Counted from the first letter of the stretch, positions 1 to 8,304 are shown. The stretch is 32,000 bases of DNA from Pedobacter nutrimenti (GCF_032678445.1 NZ_JAVTSQ010000009.1:122346-154345); one strand, 5' to 3'. The notes: generated from the sequence alone by a model not told the origin. Numbers and translations are program-made.

Positions 1-64
1 GCTGATCATCTGATTCCGAGTTCAGTGAATCGTCTAATGGTACGTTATCTTCTGGATTTATCAT
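1..64 (-). CDS. Possible 5' end of a minus-strand gene running off the left edge (MINPEDNVPLDDSLNSESDDQ...)
   Basis: The reverse complement of 1-64 starts with ATG (62-64). It stays open for 21 codons to the window edge, and an in-frame TAA lies 4 codons upstream of the ATG. It is too short to assign a function. Confidence 0.25.
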   Translation of the reverse strand, partial: MINPEDNVPLDDSLNSESDDQ

Positions 65-153
65 CTTCTTTATTTTTTAGGAATATAACAACTCAGGCGA
101 ACTAATGTTTCAATCGATAATATTGAGTACCTTTAAGGTCAGAAAAAATAATT

Positions 154-585
154 ATGAATTACGAAGAGTATTACAATGAGCTTTCAAGTGAACTGGAGAG
201 GTCTGCAAGTGTATTGAAAGAATACGATGATTTGGAAGCACATTTTATGAGCTCAACGCACAGCCGTGTCAGGTATGAATCTTATGTTTTAAGTTCTATG
301 CCAGTGGGAATTGTTGACATCGTCTATATCCTCACCTCCGGAACCATGACAGTAAGCTTTGATATGGAGCTGAAAAATACTCTTAAAAACAATACCAGGT
401 TGCAGTACACATTAGGCGTGAGCCGTCTGTTTGATAAAGAGAGAGTCAAGATATTAGGCATTTTCAAATCACTAACTGAAATTGCAAATGACGATGTGCT
501 CTTAAACATATTAAATGGGATCAGAAATGACCTTAGCAAAAATGAAGACAGGATTGTTAAGCTTAAGGAGCTTATGAGAAGGTAA
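154..585 (+). CDS. Hypothetical protein, 143 aa, with helical charged N- and C-terminal segments
   Basis: This is the only long ORF here. An A-rich leader precedes it and a clear intrinsic terminator follows at 615-650. I recognise no motifs. Confidence 0.55.
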   Translation: MNYEEYYNELSSELERSASVLKEYDDLEAHFMSSTHSRVRYESYVLSSMPVGIVDIVYILTSGTMTVSFDMELKNTLKNNTRLQYTLGVSRLFDKERVKILGIFKSLTEIANDDVLLNILNGIRNDLSKNEDRIVKLKELMRR

Positions 586-614
586 TTCTTCTTCTGAAAA
601 ACATTTTTTTTTAC

Positions 615-650
615 AACGGGCATGGCTATATAAGTTATGCCCGTTTTTTT
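615..650 (+). terminator. Rho-independent terminator after ORF 154-585
   Basis: Stem AACGGGCAT (615-623) pairs with ATGCCCGTT (637-645) around a 13-nt loop, followed by a T-run to 650. It separates the upstream ORF from kaiC. Confidence 0.8.
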
Positions 651-724
651 ATGCACTAAACATTTAGGCATTATCCTTGTTATTTACATCATTCCCAAGT
701 GGAGAAATCTATAGAGCGTAAAAT

Positions 725-2491
725 ATGTCGGTAAAAAAAGAAACTTCATTACGTTTAAATAAGAAACTGGTCACAATGCCCAAGACTAAAACGGGCATTA
801 ATGGATTAGATGAAATTACCCTGGGTGGTTTGCCTTCTGGCAGGCCAACCCTGATTTGTGGTGGCCCTGGATGTGGGAAAACATTATTCTCTCTTGAGTT
901 TCTAGTTCGTGGAGCCCAGGATTTCAATGAACCAGGTGTGTTTGTTGCATTTGAAGAAAAGGCTGATGAACTGCTGATGAACGTGGCATCCCTGGGCTTT
1001 GACCTGGAAAAATTACAAAGAGAAAAAAAGATCAGGATGGATTATATCCATATTGACAAAACTGAAATTGAAGAAACAGGTGAATATGATCTGGAAGGGC
1101 TTTTTATCCGACTTGGTTATGCTATAGACAGCATTGGCGCTAAGAGGGTCGTATTAGACACGATAGAGAACCTCTTTGCCGGATTGTCTAACGAAGGGAT
1201 ACTGAGGGCCGAACTCCGCAGGTTGTTCCGGTGGCTAAAGGATAAAGGAGTAACCGCGATTGTAACTGGTGAAAAGGGAAAGGAAAGTCTAACCAGGCAG
1301 GGCTTGGAAGAATATGTTTCTGACTGTGTGATCCTACTCGATCACAGGGTAATTAACCAGATTTCGACCAGACGACTGAGAGTTGTGAAGTATAGAGGTT
1401 CGCTGCATGGCACTAATGAATATCCGTTTTTAATAGATCAGGATGGGATTTCGGTCTTGCCGGTAACCTCATTAACTTTAGATAAACCTGTTTCGTCAGA
1501 GACCATCTCTTCGGGGATCGGTGCACTGGACGAAATGTTTCCTATGGGGGGCTTTTACAAAGGAAGCAGCATCCTGGTTTCGGGAACGGCTGGTACAGGA
1601 AAGACCAGTATTGCGGCCAGCTTTGTAAATCATGCCTGCTTAAAAAAAGACAAATGCTTGTTTTTTGCATTCGAAGAATCGCCTGCGCAGATTGTCCGTA
1701 ACATGAAATCCATAGGCATGAACTTGCAGGAACATATCGATAATGGCCTGCTTCAGTTTTATGCTTCGCGTCCAACTATGTTTGGACTGGAGATGCATCT
1801 GGTTGCAATTCACAAGGCCATCCAGAAATTTAAACCTAAAGTTGTGGTGCTGGATCCAATCACAAATCTGATCACAGTAGGCAGCTTTAGCGACGTTAAG
1901 GCGATGTTGGTGCGGTTAATTGATTTCTTGCAAAACGAACAGATTACGGTGATGTTTACGGCATTAACTTTAAATACAGTTATAAGTGAACAGACAGATG
2001 ACGGTGTTTCTTCGCTGGTAGATGCCTGGTTGTATATTAAAGATATTGAACTTAATGGTGAGCGCAACCGGGGATTATACATTATGAAATCACGGGGAAT
2101 GCACCATTCCAATCAAGTGCGGGAATTTCTGATCACTAGCGGGGGGCTGGAACTGGTTGATGTTTATCTTGGCCCGGAAGGTATATTGACCGGTTCGGCA
2201 CGGGAAGCGCAAATGTTATTGGAAGAAACAGGACAAATTTTACATAGCCATGCGGTAAGCCGCAAGGACAGGGAACTGCTCCGTAAACGTAAAATACTGG
2301 AAGCAAAGATTGAGAATTTAAAATCTGAATTTGAATCGGCCGAAGAAGAACTGAACAAGATTTACACGGAGGAGGAGATTAAAAGGAGAGTAATGGAAGA
2401 AAACCGGCAAAAGATCACAGAAATCAGAAAAACCAGTGGAAAGTCTTTAGCTGACAAGCAACAGAATAATAAGTCAAAAACAAACAAATAG
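725..2491 (+). CDS. kaiC: KaiC homolog: double RecA/DnaB-like ATPase (CI+CII) with an extended C-terminus, 588 aa
   Basis: There are two Walker A motifs (GGPGCGKT and GTAGTGKT) and two catalytic Glu pairs (VAFEEK and FAFEES). Two Walker B-like motifs are present (VVLDTIENL and [10 protein letters not shown]). KaiC-type motifs [16 protein letters not shown] and [17 protein letters not shown] are present. The phosphosite region [11 protein letters not shown] aligns to EITDSHISTITD of S. elongatus KaiC. Confidence 0.95.
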   Translation: MSVKKETSLRLNKKLVTMPKTKTGINGLDEITLGGLPSGRPTLICGGPGCGKTLFSLEFLVRGAQDFNEPGVFVAFEEKADELLMNVASLGFDLEKLQREKKIRMDYIHIDKTEIEETGEYDLEGLFIRLGYAIDSIGAKRVVLDTIENLFAGLSNEGILRAELRRLFRWLKDKGVTAIVTGEKGKESLTRQGLEEYVSDCVILLDHRVINQISTRRLRVVKYRGSLHGTNEYPFLIDQDGISVLPVTSLTLDKPVSSETISSGIGALDEMFPMGGFYKGSSILVSGTAGTGKTSIAASFVNHACLKKDKCLFFAFEESPAQIVRNMKSIGMNLQEHIDNGLLQFYASRPTMFGLEMHLVAIHKAIQKFKPKVVVLDPITNLITVGSFSDVKAMLVRLIDFLQNEQITVMFTALTLNTVISEQTDDGVSSLVDAWLYIKDIELNGERNRGLYIMKSRGMHHSNQVREFLITSGGLELVDVYLGPEGILTGSAREAQMLLEETGQILHSHAVSRKDRELLRKRKILEAKIENLKSEFESAEEELNKIYTEEEIKRRVMEENRQKITEIRKTSGKSLADKQQNNKSKTNK

Positions 2492-2772
2492 TGGAAGAGA
2501 GATATGAACTGAGGCTGTATGTAGCTGGTAAGACCCAGAAATCAGTCACTGCACTTAGCAATCTGAAGAAGTATTGCGAAGAACATTTAAGCGGTCAGTA
2601 TTCCATTGAGGTGATCGATCTTCTTCTTCAGCCGCAACTGGCAGAAGGGGATCAGATCCTGGCTATTCCTACCTTGGTGAAGAAAGTCCCTGAACCGGTC
2701 AGGAAAATTATTGGAGATCTCTCCAATAAAGAAAAAGTATTAGTTGGATTAGATATCCGTCCCAGATCTTAA
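2491..2772 (+). CDS. kaiB: KaiB, canonical-looking, 93 aa
   Basis: The motifs [19 protein letters not shown] and [20 protein letters not shown] closely match cyanobacterial KaiB ([37 protein letters not shown]). The GTG start at 2491 shares 1 nt with the kaiC TAG stop (TAGTG). Confidence 0.93.
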   Translation: MEERYELRLYVAGKTQKSVTALSNLKKYCEEHLSGQYSIEVIDLLLQPQLAEGDQILAIPTLVKKVPEPVRKIIGDLSNKEKVLVGLDIRPRS

Positions 2773-2789
2773 TTGTATTACGAAGGATT

Positions 2790-3077
2790 ATGAATATAGA
2801 AGAGGAGCCAGTTTATATACTCAGGTTATTTGTTGCAGGAGCTTCTTCTAAATCGATTCGGGCAATCAATAACCTGCAGGGAATTTTAGACGAAAAGCTT
2901 AAGAATAAATATGAAATGGAAATCATTGATGTGCATCAGCAGCCTGAAATTGTAAAAAGAGATGATGTTGTTGCTGTTCCCATGCTCATAAAGAAATCTC
3001 CAGGACCGGAAAGGCGTCTTGTTGGAGATATGTCAGATACTCAGCGTGTACTGAGAGGATTAGGACTATTGGTATAA
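2790..3077 (+). CDS. kaiB: Second, more divergent KaiB paralog, 95 aa
   Basis: The motifs LRLFVAGASSKS, AVPMLIK and PERRLVGDMSDTQRVLRGLG follow the KaiB pattern. The gene lies 17 nt after the first kaiB and 4 nt before the histidine kinase. Confidence 0.85.
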   Translation: MNIEEEPVYILRLFVAGASSKSIRAINNLQGILDEKLKNKYEMEIIDVHQQPEIVKRDDVVAVPMLIKKSPGPERRLVGDMSDTQRVLRGLGLLV

Positions 3078-3081
3078 AATT

Positions 3082-4779
3082 TTGCTTTTGGAGAATTTAA
3101 AGACACTTAAGGAATTACAGGACCAATTACGGGAAACTCAGTTTCAATTGGAAGAAGCGAAAGATATGCTCGAGGCCATACGCCTGGGGGAAGTGGACGC
3201 GCTGGTTCTTAAAGGAAACGATGGGCATCAGATCTATACGCTGAAAAGTGCCGATCAGACCTACAGGATCTTTATTGAACAGATGACCGAAGGGGCAATT
3301 ACCCTGAATGAGAAAGGGAATATTCTGTATTGTAATTCCCGTTTTGCAGGATTGGTTGGTCTCCCCCTGGAAAAAGTAACTGGTCGGCCACTCGTGAAAT
3401 TTATAGATAAAAAAGACTTGAAGAAGTATGAAGTACTCATTGAAGGGGCGTGGGGAAATACAATAAAGGGTGAATTGAAAATACGTACCTCTACTGGCGA
3501 AAAAATCTGTGTACAATTGTCTTTGAAAATGCTGGACCTGGAAGAGGGGCTATCCATGAGCATCATTATTACTGATCTGACAGACCAAAAGAAGAACGAA
3601 AAATTATTAAAGCAAAGGAACAAACAACTAAAAAGAGCGGAGCGCATCGCAAATGATCTGAATGTTAATCTGGAGAAGACGGTTAAAGAAAGAACGGCAG
3701 AGCTCCGCCGAAATCAGGAGCAACTTGGCAGGATTCTGGAAACCATGGCCGAAGGCGTTGGCATAACCGATGTAGAAGGGAAATTGCTTTATGCTAATCC
3801 TATGGCACAAAAAATATTAGGATTAAAGCCAGGTGAAATTACAAAAGGAATATATGATAATCCTCAATGGCAAAACCTTCGTTTAGACGGTAGTTTTTTA
3901 CCAGAGGTTGAACACCCGATGCATCTGTCAATGAAAACAGGGAAGCCTGTTTATGATTTTGAAATTGGTATCCGACCTCCCGGCAGGGAAACCTTTTACA
4001 TCTCTATTAATGCTGCTCCCATTCATGATGAGGAAGGAAATATTACGGGGAGTATTGGCACATTTATGGACGTAACACATCGACGGATGGCTATCCGGCA
4101 GAAGGATGATTTCATTAGTGTGGCCAGTCATGAACTTAAAACGCCTATCACCAGTCTTAAGGCTTCTCTTCAATTGCTGAACCGCTTAAAAGATAAGAAT
4201 GAAATTTCCTCCAGTAATATGGTTCCTCTGCTCATTCAGCAGGCCAATAAGAGCATGGACAAAGTGACGGCTTTAATTAATGACCTTTTGAATGCGGGGA
4301 AATATACGGAAGGGCAGCTCCACCTCAACAAGACCCGCTTCAGTTTGGTGAAAATGATTAGAGAGAGCCTGCAGCATCTTCATGCTTCAGATGGCTATAA
4401 AATAAATGTAACGGGTGACGAAGATATCCTGGTTTTTGCAGATGCCGACCGGATTGAGCAAGTGGTCGTAAATTTTGTAAATAATGCAGTTAAATATGCT
4501 CCTGAATCCAAATTCATCTTTGTCTTGATATCAGGAACGGACCAGGAATCAAAACTGGAAGTTAGAGATGAAGGAAACGGAATTGCTGAAGAGAAACTCC
4601 CTTATATCTTTGAAAGATATTACCGTGTAGATGAAAGTGGCAGTCAATATTCTGGACTAGGGCTTGGGCTGTATATTTCGGCAGGAATTATCAAGAAGCA
4701 TGGAGGGAAAATCGGTGTGGAGAGTAAACCGGGAAAGGGAAGCACATTTTGGTTTAGTCTTCCCGCGGAGCAATTGTAA
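3082..4779 (+). CDS. Cytoplasmic sensor histidine kinase: coiled coil, PAS, coiled coil, PAS, HisKA, HATPase_c
   Basis: The H-box is SVASHELKTPITSL. ATPase boxes are NNAVKYAP (N), DEGNGI (G1) and GLGLGLYI/GKGSTFWF (G2). Two PAS-like cores are visible (MTEGAITLNEKGNILYCN and MAEGVGITDVEGKLLYAN). No TM helix is seen. The TTG start at 3082 is the first start-like codon after an in-frame TAG at 3061; the alternative start is ATG 3166. Confidence 0.9.
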   Translation: MLLENLKTLKELQDQLRETQFQLEEAKDMLEAIRLGEVDALVLKGNDGHQIYTLKSADQTYRIFIEQMTEGAITLNEKGNILYCNSRFAGLVGLPLEKVTGRPLVKFIDKKDLKKYEVLIEGAWGNTIKGELKIRTSTGEKICVQLSLKMLDLEEGLSMSIIITDLTDQKKNEKLLKQRNKQLKRAERIANDLNVNLEKTVKERTAELRRNQEQLGRILETMAEGVGITDVEGKLLYANPMAQKILGLKPGEITKGIYDNPQWQNLRLDGSFLPEVEHPMHLSMKTGKPVYDFEIGIRPPGRETFYISINAAPIHDEEGNITGSIGTFMDVTHRRMAIRQKDDFISVASHELKTPITSLKASLQLLNRLKDKNEISSSNMVPLLIQQANKSMDKVTALINDLLNAGKYTEGQLHLNKTRFSLVKMIRESLQHLHASDGYKINVTGDEDILVFADADRIEQVVVNFVNNAVKYAPESKFIFVLISGTDQESKLEVRDEGNGIAEEKLPYIFERYYRVDESGSQYSGLGLGLYISAGIIKKHGGKIGVESKPGKGSTFWFSLPAEQL

Positions 4780-4833
4780 AAAAAAAATATAAATAAATGA
4801 CATTAAAGTGGTGGTATATGTTGGAACAATAAT

Positions 4834-4841
4834 TATATTTG
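4834..4841 (+). promoter_or_regulatory. Candidate Bacteroidota -7 promoter box (TATATTTG)
   Basis: It is a perfect match to TAnnTTTG, but it sits about 140 nt upstream of ATG 4985 and I found no convincing -33 TTTG. Confidence 0.3.
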
Positions 4842-4984
4842 CTTCGAGAGCGTTAATTTAAGGGGGTAAATCGAAAGATTTATCTCCTTTTCTTTTTTTA
4901 CCCCTGACTCTCGGTTCATTGGATTAATTTCTTTTTCGGATCTCTAAATTGTATAGATTTGGCAGAAATTAAATCCTTTTCAAG

Positions 4985-6658
4985 ATGATCTACCTGCTGG
5001 GTATTCCCGTTGTCCTTATTCTTCTGTGGTTTTTTATAAGATTCAAGCGTCAGCAGGAAATGCGAAAACGGGCAGAAGAAGTCATCACCAAATGGTCTCA
5101 GCCCTCTGAACATTCTATAGACTTCAAACAGCTCAAAGGCTACTGCGCTTACTTTGCACAGGAAAGCGGAGGTCATTTATCTGATGCAATTGCTGCGGAT
5201 ATAGATCTTGAAAATCTGTTTGCCTATATAGACAGGACCAACAGTAAGCCGGGACAACAGTACCTGTACCAGAAATTAAGATCCGGGAAGAAAGACCCCG
5301 AAGCTTTGAAACAACTTGATCTTCTGGCAGAGCAATTTGCTGCAGATGAACACCTCAGGATCAGTACAGAAATTGAATTGTCTGCACTGGGCAGTAAGAA
5401 TGCCTATTATATACATGAATTGTTTACCACAAGTTATCAAGCTTTGTACAGCGGATGGATCAGTTTGTACATCCGCTTTGCTGCGCTGCTGTGGATTGCT
5501 TCAGTTGTATTGACTGTTGTTTTAAAGAACCAGATGTTTTTTCTGCTGAGCCTGGGTCTGACGCTGTTTAACTTCTACCTGCATTACGGCAATAAAAAGA
5601 AAATATCAAGCTATGTTCATTCGCTGCCGCAATTGTATAAGCTGATGAGGGCGGCCGAGCGTATACTGAAGCTGGTGGTCCATCCGGATGCTCAGTCCGC
5701 AAAGGCAAGCTTGAAGGAACTTGCACCGCTTCAGCGTTCCCTGAGTATGGTTAATTTTCAGGATAAAACAAGCGGAGATCCAACGGATCTCAGTGCCAGC
5801 GCACTTGAACTGATTAAAACCTTTTTGCTGGTAGAACCGGCAATGTTCCTCAAATCTGTAAACCGGATCAATCAGCAGAGGAGCAACATAGAAATATTGT
5901 TCAATTTTATAGGTCAAACAGATATGGCCATTTCAGTGCTTTCTTTAAGAACAGGACTGCCTTATTATTGTAAACCCGATTTCAGCGGGGTAAAAGAAGA
6001 ACTTAAGGTGACTGATCTGTACCATCCACTGGTGGAAAACTGTGTGGCCAATTCTATTAAAGTAAAGGCGGAACAGGGGGTATTGATCACGGGTTCAAAT
6101 ATGTCAGGAAAAACCACTTTTATCCGCTCTTTGGTCATCAATGCGCTCTTGTCGCAAACTTTATATACTTCCTGTTCCAATTGTTATTCGGCGCCTTTTA
6201 TGAACCTGTTTACCAGTATCCGGATGAGCGATGATCTGGAAGAACACAAGAGTTATTTTCAGGCTGAGGCTTTGTCGATCCTGGATATTGTGAATAAAAC
6301 GATGGGACAGAAGGAGAGCAGTCTGATTCTGATTGACGAGATCTTCAGAGGCACCAATACGATTGAACGTGTTGCTGCTGCTAAAGCCATTCTGTCTTAT
6401 CTTACGGCCCATAAGAATTTTACCTTCGTTTCTACACATGATCTGGAGCTGGCAGAGCTGCTGGGTAAGGAATATGCAGTGTATTCATTTGAAGAATTGG
6501 TATCTGAAACGCGACTGGTATTTGATTATAAGATTAAACCTGGGGTACTGAAAAATAAAAACGGGCTGGCTATTTTATCTTCAATGGGCTATCCACAGTC
6601 TATTATTGAAGATGCGACTGCCATCAGTACGGTTTTGCGAAAAAAATATGATCTTTAA
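4985..6658 (+). CDS. Membrane-anchored MutS-family ATPase (domain V only; no mismatch-binding, clamp or Smr/endonuclease domain recognised)
   Basis: Walker A is GSNMSGKTTFIRS. The SYFQAE motif, Walker B LILIDEIFRGTN and STHDLELA are all MutS domain-V signatures. An N-terminal TM helix (IYLLGIPVVLILLWFFI) and a hydrophobic hairpin (ISLYIRFAALLWIASVVLTVVL...FFLLSLGLTLFNFYL) are present. Confidence 0.85.
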   Translation: MIYLLGIPVVLILLWFFIRFKRQQEMRKRAEEVITKWSQPSEHSIDFKQLKGYCAYFAQESGGHLSDAIAADIDLENLFAYIDRTNSKPGQQYLYQKLRSGKKDPEALKQLDLLAEQFAADEHLRISTEIELSALGSKNAYYIHELFTTSYQALYSGWISLYIRFAALLWIASVVLTVVLKNQMFFLLSLGLTLFNFYLHYGNKKKISSYVHSLPQLYKLMRAAERILKLVVHPDAQSAKASLKELAPLQRSLSMVNFQDKTSGDPTDLSASALELIKTFLLVEPAMFLKSVNRINQQRSNIEILFNFIGQTDMAISVLSLRTGLPYYCKPDFSGVKEELKVTDLYHPLVENCVANSIKVKAEQGVLITGSNMSGKTTFIRSLVINALLSQTLYTSCSNCYSAPFMNLFTSIRMSDDLEEHKSYFQAEALSILDIVNKTMGQKESSLILIDEIFRGTNTIERVAAAKAILSYLTAHKNFTFVSTHDLELAELLGKEYAVYSFEELVSETRLVFDYKIKPGVLKNKNGLAILSSMGYPQSIIEDATAISTVLRKKYDL

Positions 6659-6694
6659 TTCACAGGTTCAGAACTTTTTCAAATACAATTGCGT

Positions 6695-6702
6695 TATTTT
6701 TG
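6695..6702 (+). promoter_or_regulatory. Candidate -7 promoter box (TATTTTTG) for ORF 6726
   Basis: It is a perfect TAnnTTTG match 24 nt upstream of the ATG. Confidence 0.35.
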
Positions 6703-6725
6703 ATTATGTATTAATTTAGGCGGAT

Positions 6726-7025
6726 ATGCACGAATATAAGGAACAACTTTTTCAGAACCTTAAAAGACATCTAAAGGGTTCAGGGTGGACATTGGTTAAG
6801 CTATTTGAAGGCAGAGGAGAGATCCGGATCATTCTTCCAGGTAACCAGGATGTGAAGACTGAATTTGAAAAGATTTACAGCATTCTGGATCAGCTGCCTG
6901 ACATAGATCTTGAACCCGAACAGGTTATCATTGGTTATTGTAATAAAGACGCGATCAATTATCATTGTACGATTATCAATCCTGATCAGGAATTATTGAT
7001 AAAAAGCATGTATTTAAACGAGTAG
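6726..7025 (+). CDS. Hypothetical small protein, 99 aa
   Basis: The ORF has its own candidate -7 box and no competing ORF. I recognise no motifs. Confidence 0.5.
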   Translation: MHEYKEQLFQNLKRHLKGSGWTLVKLFEGRGEIRIILPGNQDVKTEFEKIYSILDQLPDIDLEPEQVIIGYCNKDAINYHCTIINPDQELLIKSMYLNE

Positions 7026-7161
7026 TTTTTTATAAGTGAATTTTTGGAAAATTCTGTACAACTGCTTCAAGACTAACGATATCAGGCGGGCTGAAGAAGC
7101 CCGCAGATCTCTGAGGTCTTTCCGCAGTGTACGAGAATTTTCCTTAGCAAATTGCAGAGGA

Positions 7162-7299
7162 GGGTGGTGACCGGGTAAGGCGCAGAAACCGGGTAAGGCG
7201 CAGAGATTAGGTAAGGCGCAGAGATTGGGTGTGATGCAGAGATTAGGTGTGGTGCAGAAAGTGGGTATGGTGCAGAAAGGGGGTATGGATGGGGTCTGG
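7162..7299. repeat. Degenerating 18-bp tandem repeat with six clear units (7174-7281) and decayed flanking units
   Basis: The units, read head to tail with no spacers, are GGTAAGGCGCAGAAACCG, GGTAAGGCGCAGAGATTA, GGTAAGGCGCAGAGATTG, GGTGTGATGCAGAGATTA, GGTGTGGTGCAGAAAGTG, GGTATGGTGCAGAAAGGG and GGTATGGATGGGGTCTGG. Confidence 0.85.
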
Positions 7300-7539
7300 G
7301 TTATACCTTGATCTGTGTTGGTTGTTCGATGATCCGGCCTTTTAGCGCCGATTGTTCGGTAGAAGTACCTGTTTGCCTAAGTTACGTCGCAGGAGCGGCG
7401 GAGAAGTGACGAACCGAGACGAAGCCACGTCTCTTTGTCTCGTCACTGAGTCTTATACGGATATAGCTATATAGTTGGTCTATTTTATTTATCCATTTAA
7501 ATAACTACAATTGTGCTGCAAATTTAAACTTCGGCATTA

Positions 7540-8304
7540 ATGAGCATTTTAGACACCCTACTCGTTTTCTCCCTAATTGTAATGGTTATTTTATTTGTCT
7601 TAAAGGGCAAAAATAAGGCAGGAACTCAACAAGGTGCTGTGGAAGATGAAATGAGTATTGACAAAAAGGAGGTGATTGCTGGAAAAGTACTCACTGCAGA
7701 AGAGCAGTCTGCCCTTGCGCCTGATACCGTGCTTGCTATTTTAAAAGAAGGGAACCGGGAATTTGTAGAGGGTGCCTTAACCGTAAGAAACAATTCTGAA
7801 AGAATTCGTCAGGCCTCTTTGGGTCAGTATCCACTTGCCGTTGTGCTGTCCTGCCTGGATTCCAGAGTTCCGGTAGAGGATGTTTTTCATCGGGGTATAG
7901 GTGATATTTTTGTCGCCAGGGTTGCGGGGAATATCGTCAATGAGGACATCCTGGGGAGTTTGGAGTATGCCTGCAAAGTTTCAGGTTCCAAGGTGATCCT
8001 GGTTCTTGGACATGAGCACTGTGGTGCTATTAAATCTGCTATTGATGATGTCAAGTTGGGAAATATCACCCCGTTACTGGCTAAAATACGTCCCGCGGTG
8101 CTGTCTAGCAGTGATTTTGTAGGTGAAAAGACATCTGCTAATGCGAAATATATGCACCATGTATGCGAAGAGAATGTAAAACTCAGTGTACGCAATATAA
8201 GAGAACATAGCCCGATCCTGAAAGAAATGGAGGAGGAAGGGGAAATCCTTATTGTCGGTGCTGTATACGATATGGGGACAGGCAAAGTAAATTTTTCCAT
8301 GTAA
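7540..8304 (+). CDS. Beta-class carbonic anhydrase with an N-terminal membrane anchor
   Basis: The zinc ligand motifs SCLDSRV (CxDxR) and GHEHCGA (HxxC) are present. The N-terminal hydrophobic helix is LLVFSLIVMVILFVL. A near-consensus -7 box, TACAATTG, lies at 7506-7513. Confidence 0.9.
   Translation: MSILDTLLVFSLIVMVILFVLKGKNKAGTQQGAVEDEMSIDKKEVIAGKVLTAEEQSALAPDTVLAILKEGNREFVEGALTVRNNSERIRQASLGQYPLAVVLSCLDSRVPVEDVFHRGIGDIFVARVAGNIVNEDILGSLEYACKVSGSKVILVLGHEHCGAIKSAIDDVKLGNITPLLAKIRPAVLSSSDFVGEKTSANAKYMHHVCEENVKLSVRNIREHSPILKEMEEEGEILIVGAVYDMGTGKVNFSM

Noticed and set aside
154-585. The upstream 143-aa ORF might be a cryptic KaiA or another Kai partner.
   Set aside because: I see no resemblance to KaiA. 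A strong intrinsic terminator (615-650) separates it from kaiC.
709-927. Antisense or alternative-frame ORFs inside kaiC (709-927, 1542-1775, 1810-2112 and 2164-2358, all minus strand).
   Set aside because: They lie wholly within a very well supported KaiC reading frame and their translations are low-complexity. They are shadow ORFs.
3127-3647. Minus-strand ORFs of 128-129 aa opposite the Kai-linked kinase (also 3628-3810 and 3928-4173).
   Set aside because: They overlap the motif-rich kinase frame, show no motifs, and have the F/S/L-rich composition typical of antisense translation.
4863-4904. The GGGGTAAA...TTTACCCC inverted repeat as the terminator of the Kai operon.
   Set aside because: The stem is only 8 bp with a 26-nt loop and lies downstream of the candidate MutS-like promoter box. 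The evidence is too weak to call.
7162-7299. The 18-bp repeats might be a CRISPR array.
   Set aside because: The units are directly contiguous with no spacers, are too short, and drift in sequence. This is a tandem minisatellite, not a repeat-spacer array, and no cas genes are nearby.
7234-7311. A micro-ORF that reads the repeat as G-x-x-Q-[KR]-x hexapeptides.
   Set aside because: It spans only 26 codons from the first ATG, with an in-frame TGA just upstream at 7168. There is no promoter or start context to support it, so it is kept only as a remark under the non-coding island finding.
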